The position numbers were made by a program, and so were the translations under genes. Shown in pieces: positions 28,573 through 44,585 of a DNA stretch of 64,000 bases. This DNA is from Eledone cirrhosa (taxonomy: Eukaryota): assembly GCA_964016885.1 (NCBI GenBank), contig OZ024742.1, forward strand, positions 110,918,001 to 110,982,000, written 5' to 3'. The notes beneath the pieces are model-generated. The model did not search any database, was not told where the DNA came from, and saw nothing but the letters and a program-made list of their open reading frames with translations. The first letter of the stretch is position 1, and each line of letters begins with the position of its first letter.

Positions 28573-30126
28573 TTACTCAATATTGAGCAAAACAATAGCT
28601 TTGATCAAATTTTCATCATCGTCTTGAAGATGATGCCTAAAATCATCAGCCATAATTCCCCAATAGCATTCAAATAACTCTCTTGGATCGGCAGGATTGC
28701 AGAATCCTAGAATCGCGACAAACAACTGCCTTCTTTGAGCTGGTATCTGTGTTGTTCCTGCAGTTTCCATGGTGTTATTCCATTCAGCGTCATCCTGAAG
28801 GAGTCCCAGATGCTGACACACTGCCTGGTATGTTTCTTATTCCACGCCATTGATTGTTTTCAAATCAGCGAAGCTCTGTTTACCTCTCGAAAAATCATTA
28901 TGCAACAGAATTCGGAAATAAAACACATCACCAGATGCTGGATGGACATTACAAACCCGTCCAATAGTCATGAATCTCAACTTTTGTTTTCTATCCTTCC
29001 ATTTCTTTCCCTTCTTATCCCACGTATAGTGCGATGGCAAATCGCATTAGAGTTGCCTTTGATCCGGGTTCAAAGCATGTTCACTATTATGCTTGAACCA
29101 CTCAGTCAATTCCGTCTTAGGAGGTGGTGCGTTAGTAATTCTTTCGACACCTCTTCTAGTGTCCTGAAAACAGACCATTTGCCTATATTCTCTAAGTGAA
29201 CCGTCAGTTTCTGAGCGCTGAGTTTGCGTTCATTGAGATCAAAATCGAACAATCTCCAGCAAGCTTCGCTAGATCCAATCGAACGAACATCCTGGAACCT
29301 GCCAACTTCTCCTTGGTTCGCTTCCTCATTCCTGACATTGAACATTGTCCGATCATGATCTTTGTAAACATATTTGAATATATATTTGCAATCTTTCACT
29401 GAGCTACAAATTTCCACATTAATATGACAACGATATTTCATAATTAAATATGGATAGTATGGCACAACCCATTGATTTGTAACCTGTTGACCGTTTTCAT
29501 TTTCGCCCAAACCGCCATTTTCAGGCGACCGTCTTCTCTATGAGGGATGAGCATCCCCATCGTTCCAGGAAGTGTTTGTGACAAAAGATTTCGGAAAGTA
29601 CTTACTGCATTGGCCATTTTTAATGCAAGGCGCTTTCCGATTTGCCACTCCGCATTGGTTGTGCACCATTGACTTTGCCACCAAGTTGCGTAGTGCACAA
29701 TATCAGGACGGTCCTTTGGCCGTTGTCCTGGCAAAAGTGCATCCTTAATATCAGTCCATTCGGGATTTTATGTAACCGTTATAAACAAATCTGGCTTTCC
29801 AAACTTTCTGACAATAGCCATTGCATCCTGATAGCGAATGTTCATATATCTCGGGCTGCCGATGAACGACGATGGCAAAATGATGCGTCGACCAATTTGC
29901 TTTTAATTGGCATCATCGGCTGTTATCGCATTCTCTATATTATTATACAATTCAGCTCTGATATCTTGCTGATGTGTAGCTATATAATTTAGCCTTTGAT
30001 TTTCGATCTTTGCGAAAGCCATACAACAGTATTCCTGGAACAATCTGGTGGCTTTAAATAGCGCATTTCTCTGTTGATTCCTCTCGTTCAAATGGAACGC
30101 GTAAAAGCCGCGAATCGAATTATTGT
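28573..30126 (-). pseudogene. Helitron Rep region, fragmented (HUH motif segment apparently deleted)
   Basis: RLFQEYCCMAFAKIE, DRPDIV, NQWVVPY..CHINVE..KYIFKYVYK, LGLLQDDAEW. Confidence 0.85.
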
Positions 30127-30758
30127 TAAAGGTTCTCAATGGGGGGGGGGGCGTTTCGTAGCCCCAGGGGGCATTATGCAGTTGGGGGCGTTTGAAACTT
30201 TGAGGGCGCTAGAAGCTCCTTTAGTTTGGAAAGTTTTACAAGTCATATTGGTACGGCTCTTAGACAGTCAGTCATTTGAATGAAGAAAACAAAGAAAATA
30301 AATTAAAGAAGCTTGTCAACGAATTCCCTAGGGAAATAAAAGAAAATCAAAAGAAATCAAGGAGAATGAAAGTAAGGACTACTTCAACAGAAATGACAAG
30401 AAGAAACAATGGTGGTGAACATACACACACATACATACACAAACACACATATATACACATACATACACACACACATATACACACACACAGGCCGGCGTTA
30501 GTGTTTGATGAAGTTGAGAACCTGGTCATCTCTCAGCCAGAAGTGTGGTATTTAAACTCTCTAGGTAATAAAATCTGGCGTCAAAAATGTTCTCCTTACC
30601 AAAAAAAGAAGACATAGATCATATCAACATCCTTACACACTTAAATATAAATGTATGTATATATCCAAATGTATAAATGCATAGCTATATACATACGTAA
30701 ATGTATGTATATATGTATGTATGTAGATTTATATATATATATATATATATATAAATCT

Positions 30759-30848
<90 letters not shown>

Positions 30849-30912
30849 CATACATACATATATATAAATCTACATACATACATATATATATATATAAATC
30901 TACATACATACA

Positions 30913-30949
<37 letters not shown>

Positions 30950-30953
<4 letters not shown>

Positions 30954-31708
30954 GACGTAAAAATAAGAAAATTATAAAAATTAACTTACTTCCTAAAATT
31001 TCACTCCAACTAATTAGTTTCTGAAAGGGAATAAACATGGTTTCCGAATGGAACACATGGAGAAGGCCTTTCGTCATCAGGAAGTCTATTCTCAGCTAAG
31101 TTCCCAGGCAATGTGTGGACACAGGGAACTTATACAAAAATAATACAGTGGATGGAAAAAAGCAAGCGTGGACTAAATTCCAAGACATTGAAAAAATCAC
31201 TGCCTACTTGGTCGGTGGCAAATTCAAAAGAATCAATCACGTGACATTGAGGTTAATCAGTGAGGAGTGGGGTGTAGGAAGACAGTAGCCGAACTATTAC
31301 TATGAACTATAGTAGCAGTTTTGGCAAATTTTTGCTCAACAAAATAATTTGGAGATAATTATAAAGAATTAGTATATCTACCAACATATATATACAGATG
31401 CATACCTATGCTAGCAAATATATAGGTTTTGTCTTAGTAACTTTGTGGTTCAATGCAAGGGGATGCAGAACAATTATATGAAAGACGTAAAATAAGAAAA
31501 TTATAAAAATTAACTTACTTGCTAAAATTTCACTCCAACTAATTAGTTTCTGAAAGGGAATAAACATGGTTTCCAAATGGAACACATGGAGAAGGCCTTT
31601 CGTCACCAGGAAGTTTATTCTCAGCTAAGTTCCCAGGCAATGCGTGGACACAGGGAACTTATACAAAAATAATTCAGTGGATGGAAAAAAGCAAGCGTGG
31701 ACTAAATT
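30950..31708 (-). mobile_element. PLE pseudo-LTR partial tandem (~529-bp period, family B) in (TA)n
   Basis: Direct repeats 30950-31179 / 31480-31708, each containing an HHR motif. Confidence 0.8.
31003..31085 (-). ncRNA. Type I hammerhead motif with long stem II
   Basis: acttc-CTGATGA-cgaaagg...cctttca-GAAA-ctaattag-TT-ggagt; second copy 31532-31614 has CTGGTGA. Confidence 0.75.
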
Positions 31709-31759
31709 ATATATATATATGTATATATATATATATGTATATACATATAAATCTACATG

Positions 31760-32350
31760 GTGGCTGCCAACTCGTTTTCGACTACGGCCACTACTTTATA
31801 TCCATGTAGGAGAACCCCTACCGATGCGCTGAACGAGTGTGACTTTTTAGTCCAGCTAGTGACTTGAAAATTCTGGTACAAACACTACACTTTTGACAAT
31901 TATTGACACATAGTGCTGGGCCCATGGTACCTTGTGACGACAAGCCGAGAGATCTCCAGATATAAAGCAATGCCTGTGCCGTGAAACTTTTATAGTGAGC
32001 AAAGGCACTGCACAAATCCAGTCCCACTCTCTTAACCAAGATGATATTTACCAAAAAGAAGAACAAGTCAATATCATTGGATACCATCAGAGTTGCAGGT
32101 GTTATATCAGAGTTTTCCTTCTCCTAGAATTCTGCCTTGACAAAGGCTAAGGGGTCATCTCTCCCGGTGATTTTGGATGGCCATTGACTCTTAAGAGCTC
32201 CTTTGCCCTTTGACAGGTTTTGTTTTTAGTCCTGCAGGATGTCCAAAGTCACCCTCCTCACCAAGAAACCTTGGTGGTGTTGCCAGTTTAGTCGCCAACG
32301 ACCCGACCATGAGACAGGTTGTACTGCGTTACATGTTACCAGTAGCACCA
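31760..32350 (-). mobile_element. Short bipartite RTE derivative (5' UTR joined to 3' end)
   Basis: C-terminal C2H2 CSVCTRIFKSLAGLKSHTRSAH and RTE-type 5' UTR motif ctaggagaaggaaaactctga. Confidence 0.55.
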
Positions 32351-32458
32351 ACATGCATACATATATACATATATACATACATACATTTACGTATGTATAT
32401 AGCTACGCATTTATACATTTGTATATATATATATGCATTTATATTTAAATGTGTAAGG

Positions 32459-32499
<41 letters not shown>

Positions 32500-32500
<1 letters not shown>

Positions 32501-32745
32501 GCAGTACGACAAGAAGCTTGTTTCCCAACCACATATTTCCGGGTTCAGTCCCACTGCCCGAGCCGACCAAAGCCCTGTGAGTGGATTTGATAGATCGAAA
32601 CTAAATGAAGACCGTCGTATATATGTATATATGTCTGTGTGTGTCTTTGCGTTTGTGTTTGCCCTCCCGCCAATGCTTGTTGGTTTGTTGACGTCCCCAT
32701 AACTTACCAAGGTGATGCTCCATGGGCGTAGTCCAGAGACAGAAA
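32500..32745 (+). mobile_element. tRNA-derived SINE (family 3, octopus-type)
   Basis: agaagcttgtttcccaaccac...gggttcagtcccactg head, ccgaccaaagccctgtgagtggatttg body. Confidence 0.65.
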
Positions 32746-32754
32746 AAAAGTAAA

Positions 32755-32835
<81 letters not shown>

Positions 32836-32934
32836 AGAGAAGTCTCAAACTCAAGGACACAAAAGGGCTATTACGTCCTGGAGGAGAGGCACAGTGAGCC
32901 AAACGTGGTGGTGGGTGAAGATTTTCACCAGTTA

Positions 32935-33150
32935 TAATCATTTCTACTATAGGAACAAGGCATGAAATTTGGGGTTAGGGTTCAGTCGATTGTATCGATC
33001 CTAGTACACAACTGGTATTTAATTCATCGACTCAAAAAGGATGTAAGACAAAGGTGAGATCGGCGGAATTTTAAATCAGAACGTAAAAACGGAAGAAGGA
33101 CCGTTAAGCATTTCGCCAGATGTGCTAACGATTCCACCAGCTCGCCGCCT
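32935..33150 (-). mobile_element. Diverged SINE family 1 subfamily copy
   Basis: Reverse complement ggcggcgagctgg...aaattccgccga...catccttttt..gtcga. Confidence 0.7.
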
Positions 33151-33322
33151 TAGTTTCACCAGTTATAATGCGATATGAAATATTGGTTCTACCACGGGCC
33201 ATAGATAAGTAGTTCGCGGGCCGCATGTGTGTGCCCCCTGTTGGAGATAAATAGATAGATAGATGGACGTGTACCAAACACACACACATGTTTTACTCTC
33301 TTTGTTCCTCCATCTTTCTCTC

Positions 33323-33407
<85 letters not shown>

Positions 33408-33699
33408 ATACTTGGGGAGGGTCATATTTGTGTAATATTGCCAGAATTAATAACAGAACACACTCACTGTTTGGTTGGTTTTCGCTTCTCGCTTCTGTGT
33501 CTTTTATATCGGTAATCTAACTTACTCGGTCCTCAATGTTGCCATTGACTGACCGACGGTCAAAAATAATACAGATACAATATAGACACAGACACATATA
33601 TATAGTTTATCATAAATCTTTCGTTGCACATCTGCAACATCGTCAGTGGTGTTATTGTTTCCTCCTGTTGTATTGTATGTCTACGCCATTTTTATTCAG

Positions 33700-34554
33700 T
33701 CTGCTAAGTTTAATATTCTGATCGCAGATTTGGTACGAGTGATGAAGAATGTGTCCCGCATGTGCGACCCAACAGAAATGGAAAGACACATCCAACACTT
33801 CATCAACCGCATGCAGTTCTCTGGCTGCAACCAAAGAGACAGAGTCAAAGTATACGAAGGAGCCATGGAGAGGTATAAGACCCTCATAGAACTGGACATG
33901 AAAGGAATTTGCCCATTATACAGGAGCAAATCATGGAATAGCTTAGATAGGGCTAGACATAAGATAGGGAAAGCCACCTCATGGTACGACAACCAGAGAT
34001 ACCAGAGTGTCATGTTCGTGGACACTACCCCTGGAGGGAAATTAGCTAACCAGTGTAGAAAGGCCCTGAGAAAGACCCACTTAAAAATTAAGGTGGTTGA
34101 AAAGCCAGGAACCACCATAAAATCCCTGATCAGCAAAACCTACCCTTTTAAGAAAACCCACTGTACCAATAGGAAATGTATCATATGTAAGGTAAATCCC
34201 CGGATAAACTGTAAAACTAGAAACATAGTCTATAGCATAAGATGTACAGAGGGTACTTGCAGAAACATGACAACAACATACATAGGTGAGACAGCTCGTA
34301 GCATAGGTGAAAGGATAGATCAACACTGGGGGGAACTAAAAGGACGAAAAAACGGGTCAGTACTATACGAACATGCTAGACAACAACATGACGGTAACAT
34401 AGACAACATAGAAATTAGAATAATATCTAAACATAGAAATGACCCAGCAGATAGGCAAATCAGAGAGGCCAGTGAAATAGAAATTAGAAGGCCAAGACTA
34501 AACAGAAAGAATGAATGGAATAACAACACACCCAAACAAACAACACTGACCTAA
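33700..34554 (+). CDS. PLE RT C-terminus, Cys linker and GIY-YIG endonuclease (uninterrupted, 5'-truncated)
   Basis: CTNRKCIIC..CKTRNIVYSIRC..TYIGETARSIGERIDQH..LYEHARQQH..RQIREA..LNRKNEW. Confidence 0.9.
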   Translation, partial: SAKFNILIADLVRVMKNVSRMCDPTEMERHIQHFINRMQFSGCNQRDRVKVYEGAMERYKTLIELDMKGICPLYRSKSWNSLDRARHKIGKATSWYDNQRYQSVMFVDTTPGGKLANQCRKALRKTHLKIKVVEKPGTTIKSLISKTYPFKKTHCTNRKCIICKVNPRINCKTRNIVYSIRCTEGTCRNMTTTYIGETARSIGERIDQHWGELKGRKNGSVLYEHARQQHDGNIDNIEIRIISKHRNDPADRQIREASEIEIRRPRLNRKNEWNNNTPKQTTLT

Positions 34555-34828
34555 GAGAAGTATAAATAAGTAAATAAAATAAAATAAATAAATAAATAAA
34601 TAAATAAATACATACATACTCAAGCACAATAACAACAAGCACATAAACACACACTAGTCACCATCACACAGCAAACAAAACACTATACACACGCAAACGC
34701 ATGCGCAAAGAAGACAAAATAAAAAAATAAAAAAATAAAATAAACAAACAAGCAAATAAATAAATAAATATATAGACAGACTGAATAAAAATGGCGTAGA
34801 CATACAATACAACAGGAGGAAACAATAA

Positions 34829-34872
34829 CACCACTGACGATGTTGCAGATGTGCAACGAAAGATTTATGATA
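34829..34872 (+). ncRNA. Degenerate hammerhead motif in pseudo-LTR (mirrored in left arm)
   Basis: acca-CTGACGA-tgttgc(agatgt)gcaac-GAAA-gatt-TA-tgat; stems I and III imperfect. Confidence 0.6.
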
Positions 34873-35134
34873 AACTATATATATGTGTTTGTGTCTATAT
34901 TGTATCTGTATTATTTTTGACCGTCGGTCAGTCAATGGCAACATTGAGGACCGAGTAAGTTAGATTACCGATATAAAAGACACAGAAGCGAGAAGCGAAA
35001 ACCGACCAAACAGTGAGTGTGTTCTGTTATTAATTCTGGCAATATTACACAAATATGACCCTCCCCAAGTATAACAATATTTGTTTCGACACACGATTTC
35101 ATATAAAAATCCTCGCAAAACTAATTCATCGCCG

Positions 35135-35203
<69 letters not shown>

Positions 35204-35343
35204 GAGCGTTGCTATTTGGCGTTGTTGAAAAGAGCTGTGGCCTTTGACCTGGCAATAAAAAACTGTAGACAAAATTCTTTCTGTACCAAGGCACACACAC
35301 ACACACGTTTGTGTGTGTGTATATATATATATATATTTACATA

Positions 35344-35415
<72 letters not shown>

Positions 35416-38400
35416 TATCTATGTATATATATATAAGGGATAAAAATATTGCTTTCTCAGTCACCAAGTTACTCAATTCATTCCCTACTACTTATTTTGC
35501 AAGGTACTATTTTCCCCCTGAGTTTGTGATTTCAGAAAAAGGTAAGAAATTCTTCATATTTTGCATCTTTTGTATTTTGACTTTTCAGTTTCAATTGTCT
35601 ATCCACTCAAAATATTACAACAGCTAACAGTGAGATATAGAATAAAATAAAAATAAAAAAATAAATAAACATTTGATCTCAGTCAAAAAAGCTTTTTTTT
35701 TTTTACTGAGAACAAATGTTTTTTTTTATTTCAAAAATATATATTTTGAAATAGCTTGCTTTTGTTTTGGACTGAAACTTTTTTGTATTTAATTCGTACG
35801 AGTATTATTTAAAGAATCTAAGATAACTTGATTTGGCCCAGTAATCTACTGATATCAAAATCAGTAGTATATTGAAAAATGGAAAAATAGAGTAGGGGGG
35901 CGTTTCGTGATTTCGAGGGGCAAAAGGGAGCGTTTGGCCAAAATGGGTTGAGAACCTTTGATCTAAATGAACAGACATGTTCCAACCATTTTCACCTTTT
36001 GGGAATAAAAGAACATAATGTAATGGATCGTATGCCCTATTTGACTCATTGATAGTCTTGAGACCCCCATCTCTGCGATTGAGGACGATATCTCTCGATC
36101 CACTTTCAAACATCTCACTAACTCTCTGCGATGCTAAAGCTAATGAATTGATAATTTGCCGCGAATATTTGCGCAGTAATCTACCTCGTCTCCTTAATCA
36201 CCCCACATTCTTAGTATTTTAAACTCCGGTGACTTCTCATCATCCGGCATTCGCAAGGGTTCTATTTGAACTGCTCCTTTATGACAGCACATTGTGGTCC
36301 AAGTCTTTTTGTGCCTCAATGTGGACTCAATGAGGACACTCTGTTCGTCCACCAATCTGAAAATGACACGGTTGCCATGATCCATTTTTTAATATGATTC
36401 GTTCGCCTTCTAGCCTCTTTACTGGAATGGCGAGCACTTTGGCGACACATTCTCTGAACTACTGTATTAGCTGGCGCTGTCAGCCAGCTCCTCTTCATCC
36501 ATCGAAGCACACCGTTGCTGCTGAATTATGGCCATCTGCTGATGATGCTCAGCCAGTTCGTCTTCAACCATCGCAGCACGCCGTCGCTGCTTGGCTCCAG
36601 TGTTTCGTTGGCGTTGATCAGCCAGCTCCTCTTCATTCATGGCGGCACGTCTTCGCCTCTGAAGTTCGGCGTTCCGATGGCGCTACTCGGCCCGTTTTTC
36701 TTCATTGCTGGCTGCACGCCGTTGCAGCTGTAGGTCACTGTTTGATAAAGTCGAATTGCTTTTATTATCAGTATTCATTTCGAGCAATTGTCAAAAAATG
36801 ACACAATAATAAATATAAAAGATGTCCGTCAATGTAAAGAAAGGACCCTATTTACTCCCTTCACAACTCTGTGTATGTTAGACTGACAGACAGTCACACA
36901 GACAGATAAACTGCGTGGAGATTGTGGAACGCCACACACATACATGCATGGAAACGCGCACACACACGCAAACTTACACACGCACACACTCACACATGTT
37001 GATAGTTTTTACTTTCTGTGGAACGCTGCACGCACGCACACACACATAAACATACGCGCACGTACATACACACGCACACATTTAACACAGCGTTCACACT
37101 CTATCTTCTCACTCCCTCATTGGCCTTATGCATTTTAATTTAAGTTTGGCGTCGTTGAGGTGGGCGGAGTCCTTTGAAACCAATGAACCAAAGATAATCG
37201 AGAATTATGACACACGGAATACTGACGTTCTTCAAATTAATAAATAGAATGTAATAGGCGTTCTTTGGTTAAGATAAAACCGTTGATACAGACACACTAA
37301 TCGTATTTCGTGGCATTAGTTAAATTGAAGAGCCAATGGAAACTGAATCACCGTTTTGAAATTCTGGTCTATCTTTTTCTAAAATATCTGACAAATTTAA
37401 ATATATAATATGATAGGAATATTATAAATTTGAACGCATGCAATATAGAATTAAAATGCGCAAATATAGTGACAACATTTCTTTATTATTATGTTGATAT
37501 GTTATGAAGATCTGATCATTTCATGACTGGGTTGTACATATTAAAATTAGTACAATGGTACTTATACAATGATTGTAACATCTGATAATACCGGAAATTG
37601 GTTGTATTACTCAGTTCTAATTATTAGGGCGAAACCGTCACATTAAATTACTATGAATTCACTATATGTAATTTGCTAGAGAAAAGTACTATGTATCTAT
37701 ATATAATTTCTAAATGACCTTTCGAAATAAACTGGGCAATGCCATTTAAAATCTGACTCGTATATTAAAATCATAGTTTGCAGTTTTACTTGAATGGATT
37801 ATGCACAGGGCATGCATATGTATGTTTCATTGTACTGTTACCTTATTTTTTAATAACACGCATTGTCGCCATGGGTACTGGGATATTTTCTTTAATTATT
37901 TTGTCTTAGAGATTAATGATATAATGCATGTCCCATTCAAAAACTAAAATAATTTCATGCTATTCTCAAATAAAAATAATCAGTTTGGCCTTAAAGGATA
38001 TACTGTAAAATTTAGAAAAGTCCCCGTCCGAAGTAGTCAAACTGCACCCTTAAGATTCACTGCACACGTTTAGATTCACTGTTATATTGGATCTATCCAA
38101 TGTTTATGATACTTGTATTTTACGATTCTTACGAATAAACAGGTGCAGCGTCGATAGACATTACACTTCGTACCCTCTTGTTAGAAAATGATTCGGCATA
38201 GCCTTATTTCTTACATTTCATTTCTAATCATTCCGAGAGATCGGGCATAATAATTTTGAACAGTAATGAATGACAGTTCCGAATATTCTGTTTCTGTCCT
38301 ATTCGTTTCCTTATCCCGTGAACTGCCATTGGTGAATGAAATATGTGCGCGTTTGCAGTTCACCACATTGACACATGGGAGCTGTGTTATTCCCGATTCT

Positions 38401-40147
38401 TACTAGATCCGTTATCCGGATATTTGTTTATATCTATTTTTTTTCATGCAGCGAAGTTATTATAAGTACGTATTGGCTATGCTTTTCACACAATGCAAGA
38501 GGGTTGTATTACTATCGGCTAAGGTTTCCAGCCATAGTTTAATATCTAAGGGCCACAATCTATTATCAATGGAGCCCGCACAGATAGACAATTGTAAAAT
38601 GTATACTACGGTGTATGGAGTCAGCTATATGCTGGAAGTATTCAATGGAACATGGTCCATGGGGCTCGCTTTAAATTCATGCGTGCCCATTTTGAGGGTC
38701 GGGTTTACCACGATATTCTTGTCCTAGGTGTTGAAACGACATAGGCGACGTCCTGCTTATTAACGCTTTCATGATAACTCCATTCACCTACGTTTGGTGT
38801 CTCGTCAGGGTAAAGGATGGCAGGTATTTCCTAAAGATAATCCTACTTACAAAGGTTTAGAAGTAGGTTGGAGATGTCTTCTTAGCGTATTATTATTGGA
38901 TGTTTTTTCAGTAGTGATATTCCGCCTGATCATAGAGATGAGAACAAATTGATATGGTTATAGGGTATATCTAATACCATGTATACTGTGTATTTGCATG
39001 TGTTGGTGTGCAATCCAGCATACACTTTTCAGGGCATGATTAGTATTTTATATTTTTTTTGCTATAGATATTCCATTGATGCCCTGTGTAGCTTGTACCT
39101 TTCACGAACCTGCGTTATTCTCATTGTATCAGTCCTGCTGCGTTGTCTCCCGAATCTGATGGTTTAGGAAGCAGTATCATAAATTTTAGAGTTTATGGAG
39201 TACACTTTCCTATCCACATCACATCATGAAATGATGACTGCCTCAAAACATGCTTTCTGAATCTTGTGTAGTGGGGATAGTACTTTAGAATTTCGGAACT
39301 ATTGAAATTGCAGCCATTGAACCCTTTGATGGGTGGTGCTATTACACGCCATGGGGAATGCCAGCACTATCTGACATTTGTTATTATCATGTTATGGAGA
39401 CAATCAAAGAAGTGAAAAGTGGGAGGAATCAGATTGGCAGGGATAGAAGAAATAGCGATAGACTGTGCATATATTGTCATGGGGTTAGAATATATTTGCG
39501 CGGAACTTCATGGCAATGTGTAGGGAAAGAGATCTATATTTTGGCAACAACACAGATTTATATGCAGGAGATATCTTCTATTGTGGACTCCCTGTCTCTT
39601 TATATTACTTAATCATAGTTAAATGAATTTGACCCTGAAAGTTAAGTTTACGTCTATACCGAACGCAGGTCTTGTTATGATTGAAATAATATATCTAAAA
39701 TATAAACACACACCTCTTGCCGTATCCCTTTCGTATGCTATGTCTCACATAAATATTTAATACATAAGAATATTAAAAACAACATTTGTATATAATTCCA
39801 ATTTCTGAATAAAATTGACATTTAAAAGACGTAAGTTGAATTGATGTCACGAATATTATAATTACTGTAGAAATCTAACAGTGAAACGTTCTACAAAGCC
39901 AGTTCATGGCTTTTAAATAGCGTCTCTATGGAATGGAATATATTCGAAAGAATTTAATATGTGTAGTTAGATATTCTCTCTGAAGCGGTGAATTGTTAGC
40001 AGGCAATTGGGGCTGGAATAATTCATACATTTATGATTATATTCACTACTGTTATGAATAAATCACGCAGATATATGTTCGAAATACAGATAAATATAAA
40101 TCTCTCTCACTAACCCTCTCTTCCCCCTCTCTTTCCATCTCTCTCTC

Positions 40148-40232
<85 letters not shown>

Positions 40233-40489
40233 ATATTTACCTAGACAATTCAAACACATTTATAAAATTCTATTAGATACATAGGTATGTTTATTTGCAT
40301 AGTAATAGCTATTACCACAAATAAATACACAAGCACATACAAAAATATATACATATAAACACGCACACACACGCACACACACGCACACACACACACACAC
40401 TTATTTGTATATATATACCAGTACTAACTAGCTATCTTACAGATAACATTTGTTTGCTTTAATAGATGTGTGTGTATATATAGAAAGCA

Positions 40490-42759
<2,270 letters not shown>

Positions 42760-42840
42760 GTGGTGAAGAGACAAACAGTACGGCAGAGACAGAAATGGAA
42801 GAGAAAGGGAGAGACAGAGAGATGAATCTATGGGTAGAAA

Positions 42841-42879
<39 letters not shown>

Positions 42880-43446
42880 GTATGTATATTTTTATACAAA
42901 TATACGTACGTATATTTTTATGCGTGTGTACATATATATATACAATTCATACACACACACATGCGCGCACACACAGAATAGCTCCTATAGCAAACAAGTG
43001 TAGCTTTTTCTTGTCTCAGTGCCGAGTGCGTAAACAGCTCACGATGACGTGTCTACTGTTCTCACGTGGTTATTGAAATAGTTGTGACATGATTACAGTT
43101 TTAAAAATTCATAGCGAGACTCATTTGTGTTTATTGTACAGAAACATAAACATGAAAGAGACATAAAATGAATATGAAAACAACCAGAATATGATAACAT
43201 TTAAAGATGCTAGCGCAACACTCAGAGGTGACAGTCAGTGAAATTTCATAACGGTTCGAGCTATGTGTTAATTAGATGGTAGAGTGGGGAAACTGTAGTG
43301 GAAGAAAATGAATCCGAGAGAGACTTGAAAAGAAAGTATGTATTTAGTTGCTAAAACCGTTTGTATTTTGTTGTTAAGAAAGTGTGTAAATGGTTGCTTA
43401 GATATCATCGCTAATATAGAGTATATACAGTTCTTTAGGCGTCTTT

Positions 43447-43630
43447 AATAATTGTTTCTACGTTTGGCACAAAGCAAGCAATTACTCAGTGCATTACTGG
43501 TACTTTATTTTAACGACCCTGTGAGGATGAAAGGCAAAGTTAACTTCGGCGGGATTTGAACTCAGAATGGCAAGGGCCGTAACTCTATGCGACAAAGCAT
43601 AGCGTCCGACCCTCTACCGATACTGCCAAT
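43447..43630 (-). mobile_element. SINE family 1 copy
   Basis: Consensus match. Confidence 0.8.
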
Positions 43631-43639
43631 ACAAGGTTG

Positions 43640-44468
43640 TTATGATAAAAGAGTAAGGGGAGATAAAAAGTGTGAAGACATAAGTATGTGTGTTAGGGAA
43701 TTTAGAAGTACGGTGTATTCAATAACCCTAGAGAGGAGTTGTGGGACTGTTAGAGAACTATCTTCATTGTGGTCTGAACTGGTTAGATTGGTAGTGAAGA
43801 CAAACACGGAACACGTTTACATTGTTGGTGGAGTCTCCTAGAGCCGGAAAGTAACGGAAGCTATGAGACTCTTCTGCAAGGCAAATACCACCGATGTCAT
43901 TGGTGAAGCGATCTGCCAAACAGCTCCCTGTCAGGCCGATGTAAAAGACCGGTGCACAACGAACATCTTATGCAGTAGATCAGATTATTAGAGATACAAC
44001 TAAAGTAGTTAGAATTGTAGAAGTTGTGGTTGTTGTGTCCGGTGAGGTAATTGGTGTTGATAAAGAGATAAGTGTGGCAGCGTTTACGAGAGCAAGGGTG
44101 AGGGAGGGATACGAGAGGTAGAGGATATGTAACCAAGAATTCACAAGGTTTACTCTGAGACTGCTTAAAAGAATGGAGAAGTGCGTTGCAGTAGTGAAGA
44201 AGGGGGATGTAAATGGACTGGAGAAAGTAGAAGACCCATATGATTTTATGACAGAGGTGCAAAATGGAGGGGTGATATTTGAGAGGAACGCAGAAGCGAT
44301 TTAATGTAGGGCAGTGAAATGTTGAGAAGGCAGCAGCAATGTCATCTCGAGGGCACGGGTGAAGCTAGCAAGGACTGAGGTTTGGGAATACTCGAATAGA
44401 TAGAATTGCCTGGCAATGTTGTACGCCTGCATCTCAAAGTCCTTTTCGTGACTACACGGACAACGTAT
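43640..44468 (-). pseudogene. Decayed PLE (Neptune/Penelope-like) thumb and GIY-YIG fragment
   Basis: CSHEKDFEMQA; PCSRKRCHT; FSCISNNLIYCIRCSLC followed by a frameshifted YIG region. Confidence 0.7.
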
Positions 44469-44481
44469 AAATATATACAGA

Positions 44482-44542
<61 letters not shown>

Positions 44543-44585
44543 AAATGAAAACCCGAAGGCAAGGTAAAATTTCCAATCATATTAA

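Larger units (their letters stand above)
33402..35135 (+). mobile_element. 5'-truncated PLE with inverted 5' pseudo-LTR, in (TA)n
   Basis: ~300-bp inverted repeats 33402-33703 / 34777-35079 around an RT-thumb/GIY-YIG ORF; ~56-nt 3' extension. Confidence 0.92.
30127..35960. mobile_element. hAT-like non-autonomous element with nested insertions
   Basis: TIRs taaaggttctcaa (30127) / ttgagaacctttg (35960), subterminal gggggcgttt motifs at both ends; Helitron coding sequence resumes on either side; no TSD seen. Confidence 0.7.
26397..37248 (-). mobile_element. Near full-length decayed Helitron interrupted by a 5.8-kb nested insertion
   Basis: 3' end: hairpin ccattt/aaatgg (26410-26426) then CTAG|T at 26397; candidate 5' TCTATTTATTAA at ~37248; N-terminal helical repeats, CCxxG, YDPLHYVLLFPKGENGW, Rep motifs and Pif1 helicase in order. 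Confidence 0.85.

Noticed and set aside
38050-39620. Higher-complexity stretch, possibly an old TE or exons
   Set aside because: No motif identified with confidence; needs a translated search.
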